Assembly (NCBI GenBank): GCA_937899715.1
Contig: CALCNX010000034.1
Coordinates: 2,339 to 66,338 of the forward strand
Length of the DNA: 64,000 bases
Direction: 5' to 3'
Source of the DNA: an uncultured bacterium
GTDB lineage: Bacteria > Bacteroidota > Ignavibacteria > Kapaibacteriales > UBA4661
Both the position numbers and the translations under genes were made by a program. The notes beneath the pieces were generated by a model, which saw nothing but the letters and a program-made list of their open reading frames with translations, was not told where the DNA came from and ran no database searches. This document shows, in pieces, positions 1 through 8,620 of this stretch (position 1 is its first letter; each line of letters starts with the position of its first letter).

Positions 1-372
1 GGTGACTTTGATACAATCTTCGTTTATGAGGGAACGGACAAACAGATGTACACGAAAAACCTCTTTGCCGATTACCTCGACAATATCAAAAAAGTCCCGC
101 CAACCTTCACCGAGGAGGAAGCAGAATTTCTGCGCCTTCTGACGGTAACAAGCGATGGCGACTTGAACAATACACTGGTTTATATCAACGAGGAACCACA
201 GGACGGCATTGTGGATTTGCTTGTACAGATTCAGCGCGGTTCACCAGCACAGCGCGGAGGCATTACTTCCATGTTCAAAAAAGCCGAACCGGGCGAAAGT
301 CCTGTCTTCCGTGCAGAAATTCAATATCGTAATGAAGATAATTCCATTTCGACAGAATCAGTTTTTGGGTAA
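1..372 (+). CDS. hypothetical protein, C-terminal fragment (ORF open to the window edge)
   Basis: Frame 1 is open from base 1 with no stop before TAA at 370-372. No motif I recognise. Confidence 0.5.
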   Translation, partial: GDFDTIFVYEGTDKQMYTKNLFADYLDNIKKVPPTFTEEEAEFLRLLTVTSDGDLNNTLVYINEEPQDGIVDLLVQIQRGSPAQRGGITSMFKKAEPGESPVFRAEIQYRNEDNSISTESVFG

Positions 373-463
373 GAACAATCTCTCGTCTCTTGGTAGAATG
401 TCTATAATGTCACGTTAGGTACAATTTTCATCGCCAAATTTTTTTACTTTTAATTGTACAACC

Positions 464-1099
464 ATGAAAACAGCAGCACAATACTCACTTCTCAAACGTT
501 GGTCTTTTGCTACGCTCTGCGTTGTATTAGGATTAATGTTCTTTATGACCGAAGCAGATGCGCAGCGGCGCGGTGGCAGTTTTGGCGGTTTCCGTAGGAG
601 CAGCCCGTCATACGCACCAAGCCGCCCCGCAGCGCCTTCTCCCAGCTTTGGCGGTTCGCGCAGTATGACCTCGCCGTCACCATCTTCCATGCAGCGTAGT
701 GGCGGTAGTTTCGGCGGTTCGCGTGCTATGGCTCCTGCGTCGGCAAACTATCAGCGTTCATACGGTATTCCCCGCCAAAGCACCCCCATGAGTGTTCCCG
801 GCGCAACCTCTCCTTACATGGTACATAGCTATGGAGGCTACACCGACGGCTTGATGATGGGATACCTTATGGGGCGCACCTCCGCAATGTGGTACACGCC
901 TTTTCATCCTGCTTTCTACTACTCTCGCCCCACATATGTAACGGCTCCCGATGGTTCAATGGAAGTATATCCGCCGACATTTTCGTTTTTCCGTCTCTTC
1001 ATGGGATTAGCAATTTTCGGTCTTGTTATTTGGCTCGTCATGCGCTTTTTACGCCGTCGTTCAGGTGGTGGCACAGATTCACAATCCTCGTTTGCATGA
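464..1099 (+). CDS. signal-peptide protein with Gly/Ser/Pro/Arg-rich repeats and a C-terminal membrane anchor
   Basis: ATG at 464. Hydrophobic N-terminus ending EADAQ. Repeated GGSFGG(F/S)R and SFGGSR units. C-terminal hydrophobic helix LFMGLAIFGLVIWLVM followed by RFLRRR. Confidence 0.6.
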   Translation: MKTAAQYSLLKRWSFATLCVVLGLMFFMTEADAQRRGGSFGGFRRSSPSYAPSRPAAPSPSFGGSRSMTSPSPSSMQRSGGSFGGSRAMAPASANYQRSYGIPRQSTPMSVPGATSPYMVHSYGGYTDGLMMGYLMGRTSAMWYTPFHPAFYYSRPTYVTAPDGSMEVYPPTFSFFRLFMGLAIFGLVIWLVMRFLRRRSGGGTDSQSSFA

Positions 1100-1146
1100 A
1101 GCGTTTATTTGAGTATGAATCTGCCTTGAAGATGAGAGACCATTTC

Positions 1147-1195
1147 AAAAAAAAATCGAGCGTGATGGAAGATAAAATGCTTCTACCACGCTCGA
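1147..1195 (-). terminator. intrinsic terminator after the methyltransferase gene
   Basis: Stem TCGAGCGTG (1156-1164) pairs with CACGCTCGA (1187-1195), with inner GAAG/CTTC pairing. On the minus strand it is followed by T9 (A-run 1147-1155 on +), starting 7 nt after the stop at 1202. Confidence 0.7.
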
Positions 1196-1201
1196 AAACG
1201 T

Positions 1202-1885
1202 TTATGGCTGCCGGACAACAACTTGAAAAAGCGCATGACCGCTTGCTTGATATTTTCGTTCAAAGGCGCTTACGGGCTGAATATCTCCCATTTCCTGTAG
1301 TCGTGCCTTGTAGCCCAAAAGTAAAGAAGCAAAAGCAAATTCCTCTGCATAGATACGCCAGTTGGTACGGAGTTCAGTCTCGGGTGCAAGCCGCAGCATC
1401 GGGACAAAAAGCGGATGCCCGTGCCACCGACGCATGATGTGATGTGGTTTTGGATAGGGATTTGGATAAAAAATGCAATGCTTCATTATCCGCGAGGAAT
1501 AGTTGCTGGCAAGCCGCCAAAAATCTTCGACATCAGCTCGCAGAACAGTATAATTATTCGCTTTGAAAAATTCGCTGCCCGCCGCGCTCACCGAATGTTT
1601 CCCCAAACGATGCGCTGATTTATCAACACCGACCACAAAGCAATCTGGGTGCTGCATTGCTAAATGCAATGTGCTTTCACCCGTGCCACAGCAAGAATCC
1701 AGAATAATACAGCTCTTCCCTGAACCAGCAAAGCATCGCTCAAACTCCTGAAACGCAAGGCGGCTAAAGTCTGGAATAGGTCGCAAATACTCAGTTTGTG
1801 TGTGCTTCACGACCAACAATTCAAGATTGTCGTGAATACCTGTTTGACTGCTTTCGACGGTGCGGCTTGGCATGATGTTTTTCAT
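1202..1885 (-). CDS. TrmB-family (Methyltransf_4-like) SAM-dependent methyltransferase
   Basis: SAM-binding-type motif ILDSCCGTGE. FYPNPYPKPHHIMRRW resembles the TrmB PDPWPKKRHHKRR motif. Start set at ATG ending 1885 (MKNIM...) rather than the upstream alternative start at 1951. Confidence 0.6.
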   Translation of the reverse strand: MKNIMPSRTVESSQTGIHDNLELLVVKHTQTEYLRPIPDFSRLAFQEFERCFAGSGKSCIILDSCCGTGESTLHLAMQHPDCFVVGVDKSAHRLGKHSVSAAGSEFFKANNYTVLRADVEDFWRLASNYSSRIMKHCIFYPNPYPKPHHIMRRWHGHPLFVPMLRLAPETELRTNWRIYAEEFAFASLLLGYKARLQEMGDIQPVSAFERKYQASGHALFQVVVRQP

Positions 1886-2299
1886 TGCATCAAAGAAAAA
1901 TACAGCGAAACAAAAAAACTTCACAAAACTTACAAAGAAATTGTTTATCATTCTTGAGATTTGTGAATTCCAAAGGTCATATCTTCTTCAATCCTTGGGG
2001 ATAACAACTTCCCGACTACTGATACTTGATGAAAAGTACGTCAAAAATATCTTTTATTAAATAATGAAACCGGAATTCTTATACTTTCCTCTAAAACATC
2101 AAACGACTTCATTTTCTGCCATGATTTGTACTCTAGTTTCGCCCGGAATTTCCCCGCCAAGTCTTTTTTCCGGCGTTGTGAAAAAGAAATTTGTTTCTCT
2201 GCTTGTTGTGCCTTATACTTGAAAGTTCGTAACGTCGCAGCACTTTCGGTACAACTTAGGTACAGCGCTTCCTTTCACGACTTGTTACCCCCTTCGTCT

Positions 2300-5200
2300 A
2301 TGTCCACCGCTCCCCAGTATGCTCAAGACACCGCACAATCGGCGGCGTTAAAAGAAAGTCTTGGTAATTCGCTTCTTATTAACACCGTCAAATTATTTAG
2401 TCTGCTTGCAAAAGCCGACAGCAATGTTTCGCAGGCAGAACGTGACTATGTGAAGTTTTATCTGGACTCCATTTATCATGCCCCGGTGGCACAGTATCTC
2501 TACGAGCAATTTGAGTATTTCCTCTCGGAAACCATTGATGCAGAGCAGGCTGCGGCACAAATCCGCACTGGCTTTTCGTATGAAAACCGCGTCTTTATTT
2601 TGATGAAAGTCTATGAACTCGCTGCCTCCGACAGCATGGATGATGTGGAACGCGACACAGCACGGCGCATTGGGCGAATGATTGGACTGACCGACCCCGA
2701 TATTTGCAAGGTGGAGAGCATTTACGATTTGCCGTCATCGGAAACATTAGCAATTGCCAAGCAGTCCGAAATTATTTCTATTCATATCGGCGACGACCCT
2801 CATCTGTACGATGTTGTGCTGCCCATCCCGCTTCTTGATGTGGAAGTCTTTAAGATTCGCAGCATTTACATTATTCTTCAGAAAAATGACAAGCATCAAG
2901 TGCGAGTCGGCGGGGTGCCGATTGCGGGCAAGACCTCGCGTAATCTCTTGAACGCCACGAAAATTCAGCACAATCAGCCTATTTCGTTCAATAATTACAG
3001 CATCAATTTTGAGGATTTAAGCTACTATTTTCACCTCAAAACCAAGACACTGCTTGGTTTTGCGCTCTTTGTCTCACGCCGCATTATTGAAGAGCGCAAG
3101 ACCACAGAATTTGTGCTCTCCCAGATGCCAAGCATGGACGATGTGCTCCTGATTGAATTTACCAAGCTCTTTATCATTCTCACACCGCTTGGAATGACCG
3201 ATTCAGACCTCGGTAAACTTGCCAATGAACTGGTCGTGAATGGTCGCCCCGTAGAAACGCAAATCTACGTCAACCTCAATGACAGCGTTCTTATCGGTAA
3301 CTGCCCTATCAATCTTCGTAAACTCGCCTTCCAGTACGGTTTGGAAAGCGAAGTGTTTACATTCAATCCCAAAAACGAAACCTGCACCATTGGTAATTAC
3401 GAAGGCTGCGATGTGGTCTTCAATGACGGCATAAGCAAACACTGGCAAATCAAAGTCTTCCGCAACCAAAATGCTGCCGGAGCAAGCGAATATACACTCG
3501 ACCCCACCGGATGCCCGCACCGCGTGGGTTACAACGGCAGAACGCTCAAGAAACTTGAGCCTGTCGCCGCAGAATGTCACATTTTTATTGCCAAGCAAGT
3601 TTTTCATTGCTCATTTTTGGGTGGAGTGGTGCGCTCGGAACCATTTCGTTTTCGAGATTTTATTGCTCGGAGTGTCCGCTTTTGCTTTCAGGATAATACA
3701 CTTGCGCTGGATGACATATCCTTCGAGATTGATTATGGCGACCTCGTAGCGGTGATGGGTCCTTCGGGGTGCGGCAAATCCACACTTCTGAACATTATCA
3801 ATGGCTACAACAAACCCAACGACGGCAATATTGAAATCAATGCTTACGACCTTCACCACGACTATCAAGCACTAAAAGACTACCTTGGCTATGTACCTCA
3901 AGACGACTTGCTCTTTGAGAATTTGACGGTGTATGAAAACTTGTTTTACAATGCCAAATTGCGGCATCCCGATATTTCCGATGAAGAAATTACGGCTCTC
4001 GTCGAGCAAACTATCATTGATATTGACCTTGTGGAAAAGCGTGATATTAGAGCCGGAAGCCCTACCCAACGTACATTATCGGGCGGGCAGCGCAAGCGCG
4101 TCAACATCGGCTTGGAACTCCTCGCCGATGCAGATGTGTATTTCCTTGACGAGCCGACATCCGGCTTGTCCTCGAAGGATTCGGAAAAAATCATTGAGCT
4201 TTTGCAGCGCCTTACTCTCAAGGGTAAAATCGTCTTTGTGGTCATTCACCAGCCAAGCTCGAAGATATACAAAATGTTCAGCAAAATTTTGTTCCTCGAC
4301 AAAGGTGGTAAAACGGCGTTCTTTGGCGATAACATGGCTGCACTGGCGTATTTCAAGACACACTCTCTGGAAGCGCATGTTACTTCTTCGCCCGTCAATC
4401 CTGAGACGGCAGCGGAAATGGTCGAGTGCCCAGTTTGCAAGAATGTTGAACCGGACTTGCTCTTGGAAACCCTCGAAGAGCCGCTTCGGGACATTGACGG
4501 CGTACCGCTTTCGCAGCGCAAATACGCGCCGATGTACTGGAAAGAGAAATTCTTGGATTATCGCTCCTCAGTCCATCGCTTGACCATTGAGGACAGTGAG
4601 CGCGTTTCGTTGCCACCACCCCGCGCTCTTAGCCCAACAGAAAAATGGGCACAGTTCACCTCGCTCTTGAAGCGCAATTTCACAAATAAATTCCGCGACC
4701 GCTCCAACCTCATCATCACTTTCCTTGAAGCACCTGTGCTGGCACTAGCGGTTAGTTTTATTCTACGCCACACAGCAGGAATGGGCTTGGAGTATAGTTT
4801 CTTTCAGAACGATAACGTTCTCGTGTTTATCTTTTTGTCCGTCATCATTTCCACCTTTTTAGCTATCACCAATAGCATTGACGAAATCATCAAAGACGCT
4901 GCTATTCTGCTCCGTGAGCGAATGCTCAACATAGGAAACGTGAGCTACTACGCCTCAAAATTTATCACGCTTGTCGCATTTTCAATCCTGCAAAATGCAC
5001 TCTTTATTGCATTTGCTTTTCCCGTCTTGCAGCTTGGCGAACTCTATTTGCCGTATTTGCTTTTCCTTACATTGGTTTCGATAGCGGGTACTGCTATTGG
5101 CTTGCTCGTCTCGGCGCTTCCGAATTTGTCCTCCAAAGCAGCGTTCAATATCGTTCCGCTTATTCTCATTCCGCAAATTATTTTCGGTGGGGCGCTGATT

Positions 5201-5902
5201 TCGTACAGCAAAATGGATCACCTCAAATTCAAGTCTGAGCGAGAGATACCGGAGATTTGCCAAATTATTCCGGCGCGTTGGGCGTATGAGGGCTTAATGA
5301 CCATGCAAGACGCTTACAACCGTTTCCAAAGCAAAGACGATGCCCTGCAAGCCGTCGCTAAAAATATCCTCAGTGTCTATGACGTGCGTGATGAAGCAAT
5401 AAAAGAGCGCGATGCAATCCGAGCAGCAGATACGTCAGCCGCGACCGACCCCACGCTACAAAGCAAGCAAGCAGAACTCACGCGCACCATTGAGCAAGCA
5501 CAGCGCTCCATCAACGAGTACGAAGGCAATAAAGCATCGTTGGACTCAACAGTCGAACAACACCGTTTGCTCTACCAAGACAAATATGGCAATCAAGAAA
5601 TTCACCGCCAAATTATGGAAGCGCAAGACAAATTAGCGGCTATGTTAGCACGTACTGACAGTGTAACAGGCAAGCCGCTTCTGGACAAATCCAGTGTCGG
5701 TTTGTTTCATTATCCGATGCTCATTGCTGAAAAACGGATTCCCTTCACAACGACAACCATACCGACAATCTTCTATAATTCCGTTGTGCTGTCATTGATT
5801 TCCATTATGGCGATCATTGCTGCTTTGGGTTTACTGGGCTTGCGCGAACGCCTCTTGGATGCGGTTGTACGCATGACAAAAGTGTTTCAACGAAAAAGCT
5901 AA
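2300..5902 (+). CDS. large fusion protein: TerB-like N-terminus, FHA-like domains, ABC ATPase and ABC-2/ABCG-type permease
   Basis: Start placed at ATG 2300 (MSTAPQ). TerB-like pair LLAKADSNVSQAERDYV and ELAASDSMDDVERDTARRIGRMIGL. FHA-like IGNYEGCDVVFNDGISKHWQIKV...YNGRTL. Walker A GPSGCGKST, signature LSGGQRKR, Walker B VYFLDEPTSGL. Then multiple hydrophobic helices, with a Q/E/K-rich coiled-coil stretch before the last helix. Confidence 0.8.
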   Translation: MSTAPQYAQDTAQSAALKESLGNSLLINTVKLFSLLAKADSNVSQAERDYVKFYLDSIYHAPVAQYLYEQFEYFLSETIDAEQAAAQIRTGFSYENRVFILMKVYELAASDSMDDVERDTARRIGRMIGLTDPDICKVESIYDLPSSETLAIAKQSEIISIHIGDDPHLYDVVLPIPLLDVEVFKIRSIYIILQKNDKHQVRVGGVPIAGKTSRNLLNATKIQHNQPISFNNYSINFEDLSYYFHLKTKTLLGFALFVSRRIIEERKTTEFVLSQMPSMDDVLLIEFTKLFIILTPLGMTDSDLGKLANELVVNGRPVETQIYVNLNDSVLIGNCPINLRKLAFQYGLESEVFTFNPKNETCTIGNYEGCDVVFNDGISKHWQIKVFRNQNAAGASEYTLDPTGCPHRVGYNGRTLKKLEPVAAECHIFIAKQVFHCSFLGGVVRSEPFRFRDFIARSVRFCFQDNTLALDDISFEIDYGDLVAVMGPSGCGKSTLLNIINGYNKPNDGNIEINAYDLHHDYQALKDYLGYVPQDDLLFENLTVYENLFYNAKLRHPDISDEEITALVEQTIIDIDLVEKRDIRAGSPTQRTLSGGQRKRVNIGLELLADADVYFLDEPTSGLSSKDSEKIIELLQRLTLKGKIVFVVIHQPSSKIYKMFSKILFLDKGGKTAFFGDNMAALAYFKTHSLEAHVTSSPVNPETAAEMVECPVCKNVEPDLLLETLEEPLRDIDGVPLSQRKYAPMYWKEKFLDYRSSVHRLTIEDSERVSLPPPRALSPTEKWAQFTSLLKRNFTNKFRDRSNLIITFLEAPVLALAVSFILRHTAGMGLEYSFFQNDNVLVFIFLSVIISTFLAITNSIDEIIKDAAILLRERMLNIGNVSYYASKFITLVAFSILQNALFIAFAFPVLQLGELYLPYLLFLTLVSIAGTAIGLLVSALPNLSSKAAFNIVPLILIPQIIFGGALISYSKMDHLKFKSEREIPEICQIIPARWAYEGLMTMQDAYNRFQSKDDALQAVAKNILSVYDVRDEAIKERDAIRAADTSAATDPTLQSKQAELTRTIEQAQRSINEYEGNKASLDSTVEQHRLLYQDKYGNQEIHRQIMEAQDKLAAMLARTDSVTGKPLLDKSSVGLFHYPMLIAEKRIPFTTTTIPTIFYNSVVLSLISIMAIIAALGLLGLRERLLDAVVRMTKVFQRKS

Positions 5903-5932
5903 AAGAAGAAAATTTGGCAGTGAAGACAATCG

Positions 5933-6832
5933 TTATACGCCAATCATCTGAATGTTGTAATTTGGGAAATTACCCCCCCCCCCCGCAACGTATTGGAGAC
6001 CCTGCACCTGTTTCTTCACAAACGCGCGTCTTCGCCGCGCAATCGGGATAATTGTGCTCGCGAATCGGAGCAAGATACTATCCGCACCGATAGTCTGGAT
6101 ATAAGCAATATTGACAAGAAAAGACCTATCGGTACGGATAAACATTTCTGCGGGTAATTCTATTTCAAGAGCGCGGAGTGTTTTCGCAATTTTAAGACAT
6201 TCTCCCTGCCGCGTTACAAGTATAGATTGGTTATTCAAACCCTGCACATAAACAATATCATGCGCAGAAATGGTAACAAGCTCTATTTCCTCTTTGCCGT
6301 CCTTCGTGCGTCTAAGCGTGATACCGTCTTGCCCTTCTCGCTTAGGCAATATAGACGCTGCCGATAGCTTTTCAATCTCCCGTGCTTGCTCTTGTGATTT
6401 CAGAGCAAGAGCGGCAAGGGTTAATTCGGTGGCGCAAAGAGCAAACGCACGTTCACGCTCCTCGCGGACAGCGTTCAAGGCTTCATGGAGCGCAATATAA
6501 AACGCCTCTTCATGAAAAGGCTTTGGTAGAAAACGCACAATACGGGGGTGGGCAATAGAAGAAATAATTTGCTCCGGCGGCAAACCACTCATACAAACAC
6601 AGAAAATGTGCGGGCTTTTAGCTGCTACCAGCCGCACCAAATCAAGCCCGTTGCCATCAGGAAGGAGAATATCCGTTACCACCACATCAGGAAGGAAATC
6701 CGACACTGCTTGTCTTGCTTCCTTCAGCGTTGGTGCAATATGTACTGTGTAAATACCTTCAAACCTTAACTGCACCAGCGTACGCAAATTCTTCGCAATG
6801 AGAAAATCGTCTTCAACAATAAGAACACGCAT
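5933..6832 (-). CDS. response regulator with LytTR-type DNA-binding domain
   Basis: Receiver domain MRVLIVEDD...DVVVTDILLPDGNGLDL. C-terminal LytTR-like IVYVQG...FIRTDRSFLVNIAYI. No histidine kinase adjacent. Confidence 0.8.
   Translation of the reverse strand: MRVLIVEDDFLIAKNLRTLVQLRFEGIYTVHIAPTLKEARQAVSDFLPDVVVTDILLPDGNGLDLVRLVAAKSPHIFCVCMSGLPPEQIISSIAHPRIVRFLPKPFHEEAFYIALHEALNAVREERERAFALCATELTLAALALKSQEQAREIEKLSAASILPKREGQDGITLRRTKDGKEEIELVTISAHDIVYVQGLNNQSILVTRQGECLKIAKTLRALEIELPAEMFIRTDRSFLVNIAYIQTIGADSILLRFASTIIPIARRRRAFVKKQVQGLQYVAGGGGNFPNYNIQMIGV
5973..5984. repeat. C12/G12 homopolymer inside the 3' end of the LytTR regulator gene
   Basis: Twelve consecutive C on + (tacccccccccccccg region), read as GGGG (four GGG codons) 13 codons before the stop. 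Confidence 0.95.
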
Positions 6833-6923
6833 AGTATGAGAAAATAGTGAACAAGAGAGGTTATTGCGGCAAAATATACCACGTACAAAAATACGATATT
6901 CTTTTGCGCTCCGCTAGTGTCGG

Positions 6924-6966
6924 TTGTAACGAAAAACCCGTTACAATTGATGTTGCAACATCAATT
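6924..6966. promoter_or_regulatory. adjacent perfect hairpin and 22-nt perfect palindrome upstream of the regulator gene
   Basis: TTGTAACG (6924-6931) pairs with CGTTACAA (6939-6946) around a 7-nt loop. It is immediately followed by AATTGATGTTG/CAACATCAATT (6945-6966). Confidence 0.5.
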
Positions 6967-7139
6967 ATTTTTACATAATACCGCCATAAAAATTTTACTT
7001 ACAACACTTTACAGCAATTTTCTCAAAAAATATCCGAAAAAAATATTTTTTCTTTTTTTCAATAATACGAAGGAGACCCATGCCAAAGACCTGAGAATAT
7101 AACGCTCGGCAAAGATTCTTTGTTGAGCAGTACAGTCTT

Positions 7140-8477
7140 TTAATGTTTGACTATTTTTTCTATCCATGCGGCAGTACCTGCTTCTATGCGCACAAAATAC
7201 GTTCCCACAGGTAAATAGATCACATCAACATCAGCACGATACTCTCCTGCATTTATTGACTCTTGGCGGTTGATTACAACATTGCCATGTGCATTGATAA
7301 TGCTTAACCGTAGAACTGACGCTGCATTCAGTCTTGCTGTCACAGTAAGGGCTGAGAGCGCAGGGTTTGGAAAAACAGCGCATCCTAACTTCTCAAATCC
7401 AAGAGGTACGCCCGTCCCTGTTTGCATGAGTGCTGTATGAAACATTCCGGCTTCTGTTCCTGCAAAAAGCATTGTTCCGGTGAGTGCCAGAGCCGTGATT
7501 CGTTGATTGACAAGCCCATTGTTTTCTTGGTGCCATGTCTTCCCACTATCTCTGGACACAAAAACGCCCTGCGTTGTTCCAACGAACGCTGCCGATTCAT
7601 TCGCAGTAATAGCGGTAATAGAAAGATTGGGAAGCGATGACGACAACACACGATTTTGCCACGTTCTACCCGCATCGAAGGAAATCATAATACTATTGCC
7701 GTTTGCCGCCAGTGCATATCCTTTAGCGAGAAAAATCTTGTCAATAGAGCCGACGCTTGGAAGTGCTGATGCCGTATCCCACGTTTTGCCTGCAGTAAGA
7801 CTGCGCAACACCGTTCTATAAGGAAACGATAAACCGCACAAAATGGTATCGCCACGCACACTAACGGCGCTCATGGCACTAAAGCGATTGGGCGCAACGC
7901 TTGCTAAACTTCCTAATTCCTGCCATGATGCGCCGCTGTCTTGAGAACGATAAAGACTGCCGCTAATGCTTGTGGTAAGCGCCGCGTAGAACTTTCCCGC
8001 ATCTGAGGTGAAGTCCGCAAACTGATACCCGCCCAAAAGGTCGGAATAATCGGGAGTATAGGGCTTATTCCACCCAAACGTCATCCACGCTGCCCCGCCC
8101 GTAGTGGAGCGGGCAATGCCGCGCAACGTTACTTGGCTCCGGGTCATAACGGCAACAAGACCGGAATCCTGTCCGGCAAGCGCATAGATTTCGTTTGCGG
8201 GCAGTGAGTTTTTGCGGAGCGGCTCAAATCCCGTCGAAATGCGGCTCCACGAAGCGCCATTATCAGTTGAACGCAGAAGAGCGGTACTGTCACTCCATGC
8301 AAAGAGCGTACCTCGCTGCGGCGTGGCGTGCAACACGTGAATGGGGTTGCTTGAGAACGCCGAAAGCCGCTCCCATTGTATGCTCTGGGCAAACATGGGC
8401 AACGTCAATAAACAGAAGGATGTTATAGAAAGATAGGCGAAGATTCTGCTTGCGTGAGATTGTTTTGAGGTACTCAT
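7140..8477 (-). CDS. secreted BNR/Asp-box repeat protein with T9SS C-terminal sorting domain
   Basis: Signal peptide. Five Asp-box-like repeats: STDNGASW, SQDSGASW, SLTAGKTW, SFDAGRTW, SRDSGKTW. C-terminal segment VFPNPALSALTV...GTYFVRIE resembles the T9SS type A sorting domain. Confidence 0.75.
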   Translation of the reverse strand: MSTSKQSHASRIFAYLSITSFCLLTLPMFAQSIQWERLSAFSSNPIHVLHATPQRGTLFAWSDSTALLRSTDNGASWSRISTGFEPLRKNSLPANEIYALAGQDSGLVAVMTRSQVTLRGIARSTTGGAAWMTFGWNKPYTPDYSDLLGGYQFADFTSDAGKFYAALTTSISGSLYRSQDSGASWQELGSLASVAPNRFSAMSAVSVRGDTILCGLSFPYRTVLRSLTAGKTWDTASALPSVGSIDKIFLAKGYALAANGNSIMISFDAGRTWQNRVLSSSLPNLSITAITANESAAFVGTTQGVFVSRDSGKTWHQENNGLVNQRITALALTGTMLFAGTEAGMFHTALMQTGTGVPLGFEKLGCAVFPNPALSALTVTARLNAASVLRLSIINAHGNVVINRQESINAGEYRADVDVIYLPVGTYFVRIEAGTAAWIEKIVKH

Positions 8478-8491
8478 ATTTTGCTTAAAAG

Positions 8492-8620
8492 CTAAAAACT
8501 GATACGGAGAAATGCACCAGGGTTAATTGCGCCTTTATGTGAAAAATACCCATAACGATACGAGCCGAGAACATTGAGATAATCTAAACATTGAGATAAT
8601 CTAACAATACATTTTATCCT
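8492..8620 (-). pseudogene. remnant 3' end of a third beta-barrel paralog (no start codon)
   Basis: The frame continuing after the TAA of the 8621 gene reads ...LGSYRYGYFSHKGAINPGAFLRISF-stop. This shares the GAF(L/V)R(I/V) terminal-strand motif with the C-termini of both neighbouring barrel genes. Confidence 0.4.
8571..8604. repeat. perfect 17-bp tandem duplication
   Basis: ACATTGAGATAATCTAA occurs at 8571-8587 and again at 8588-8604. Confidence 0.95.

Noticed and set aside
2126-2299. Upstream extensions of ORFs given by the track (2126 for the ABC fusion, 29959 for uvrA, 18385, 16851, 12941, 40646, 41646 and others)
   Set aside because: These begin at non-ATG or poorly placed codons and add Cys/Phe/Arg-rich, non-conserved-looking peptides. 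Internal ATGs that give proper signal peptides or canonical N-termini were preferred, but the starts remain unverified.
8571-8604. Tandem repeat as a possible CRISPR or minisatellite array
   Set aside because: There are only two directly abutting 17-bp copies with no spacers and no cas genes, so it is a simple duplication.
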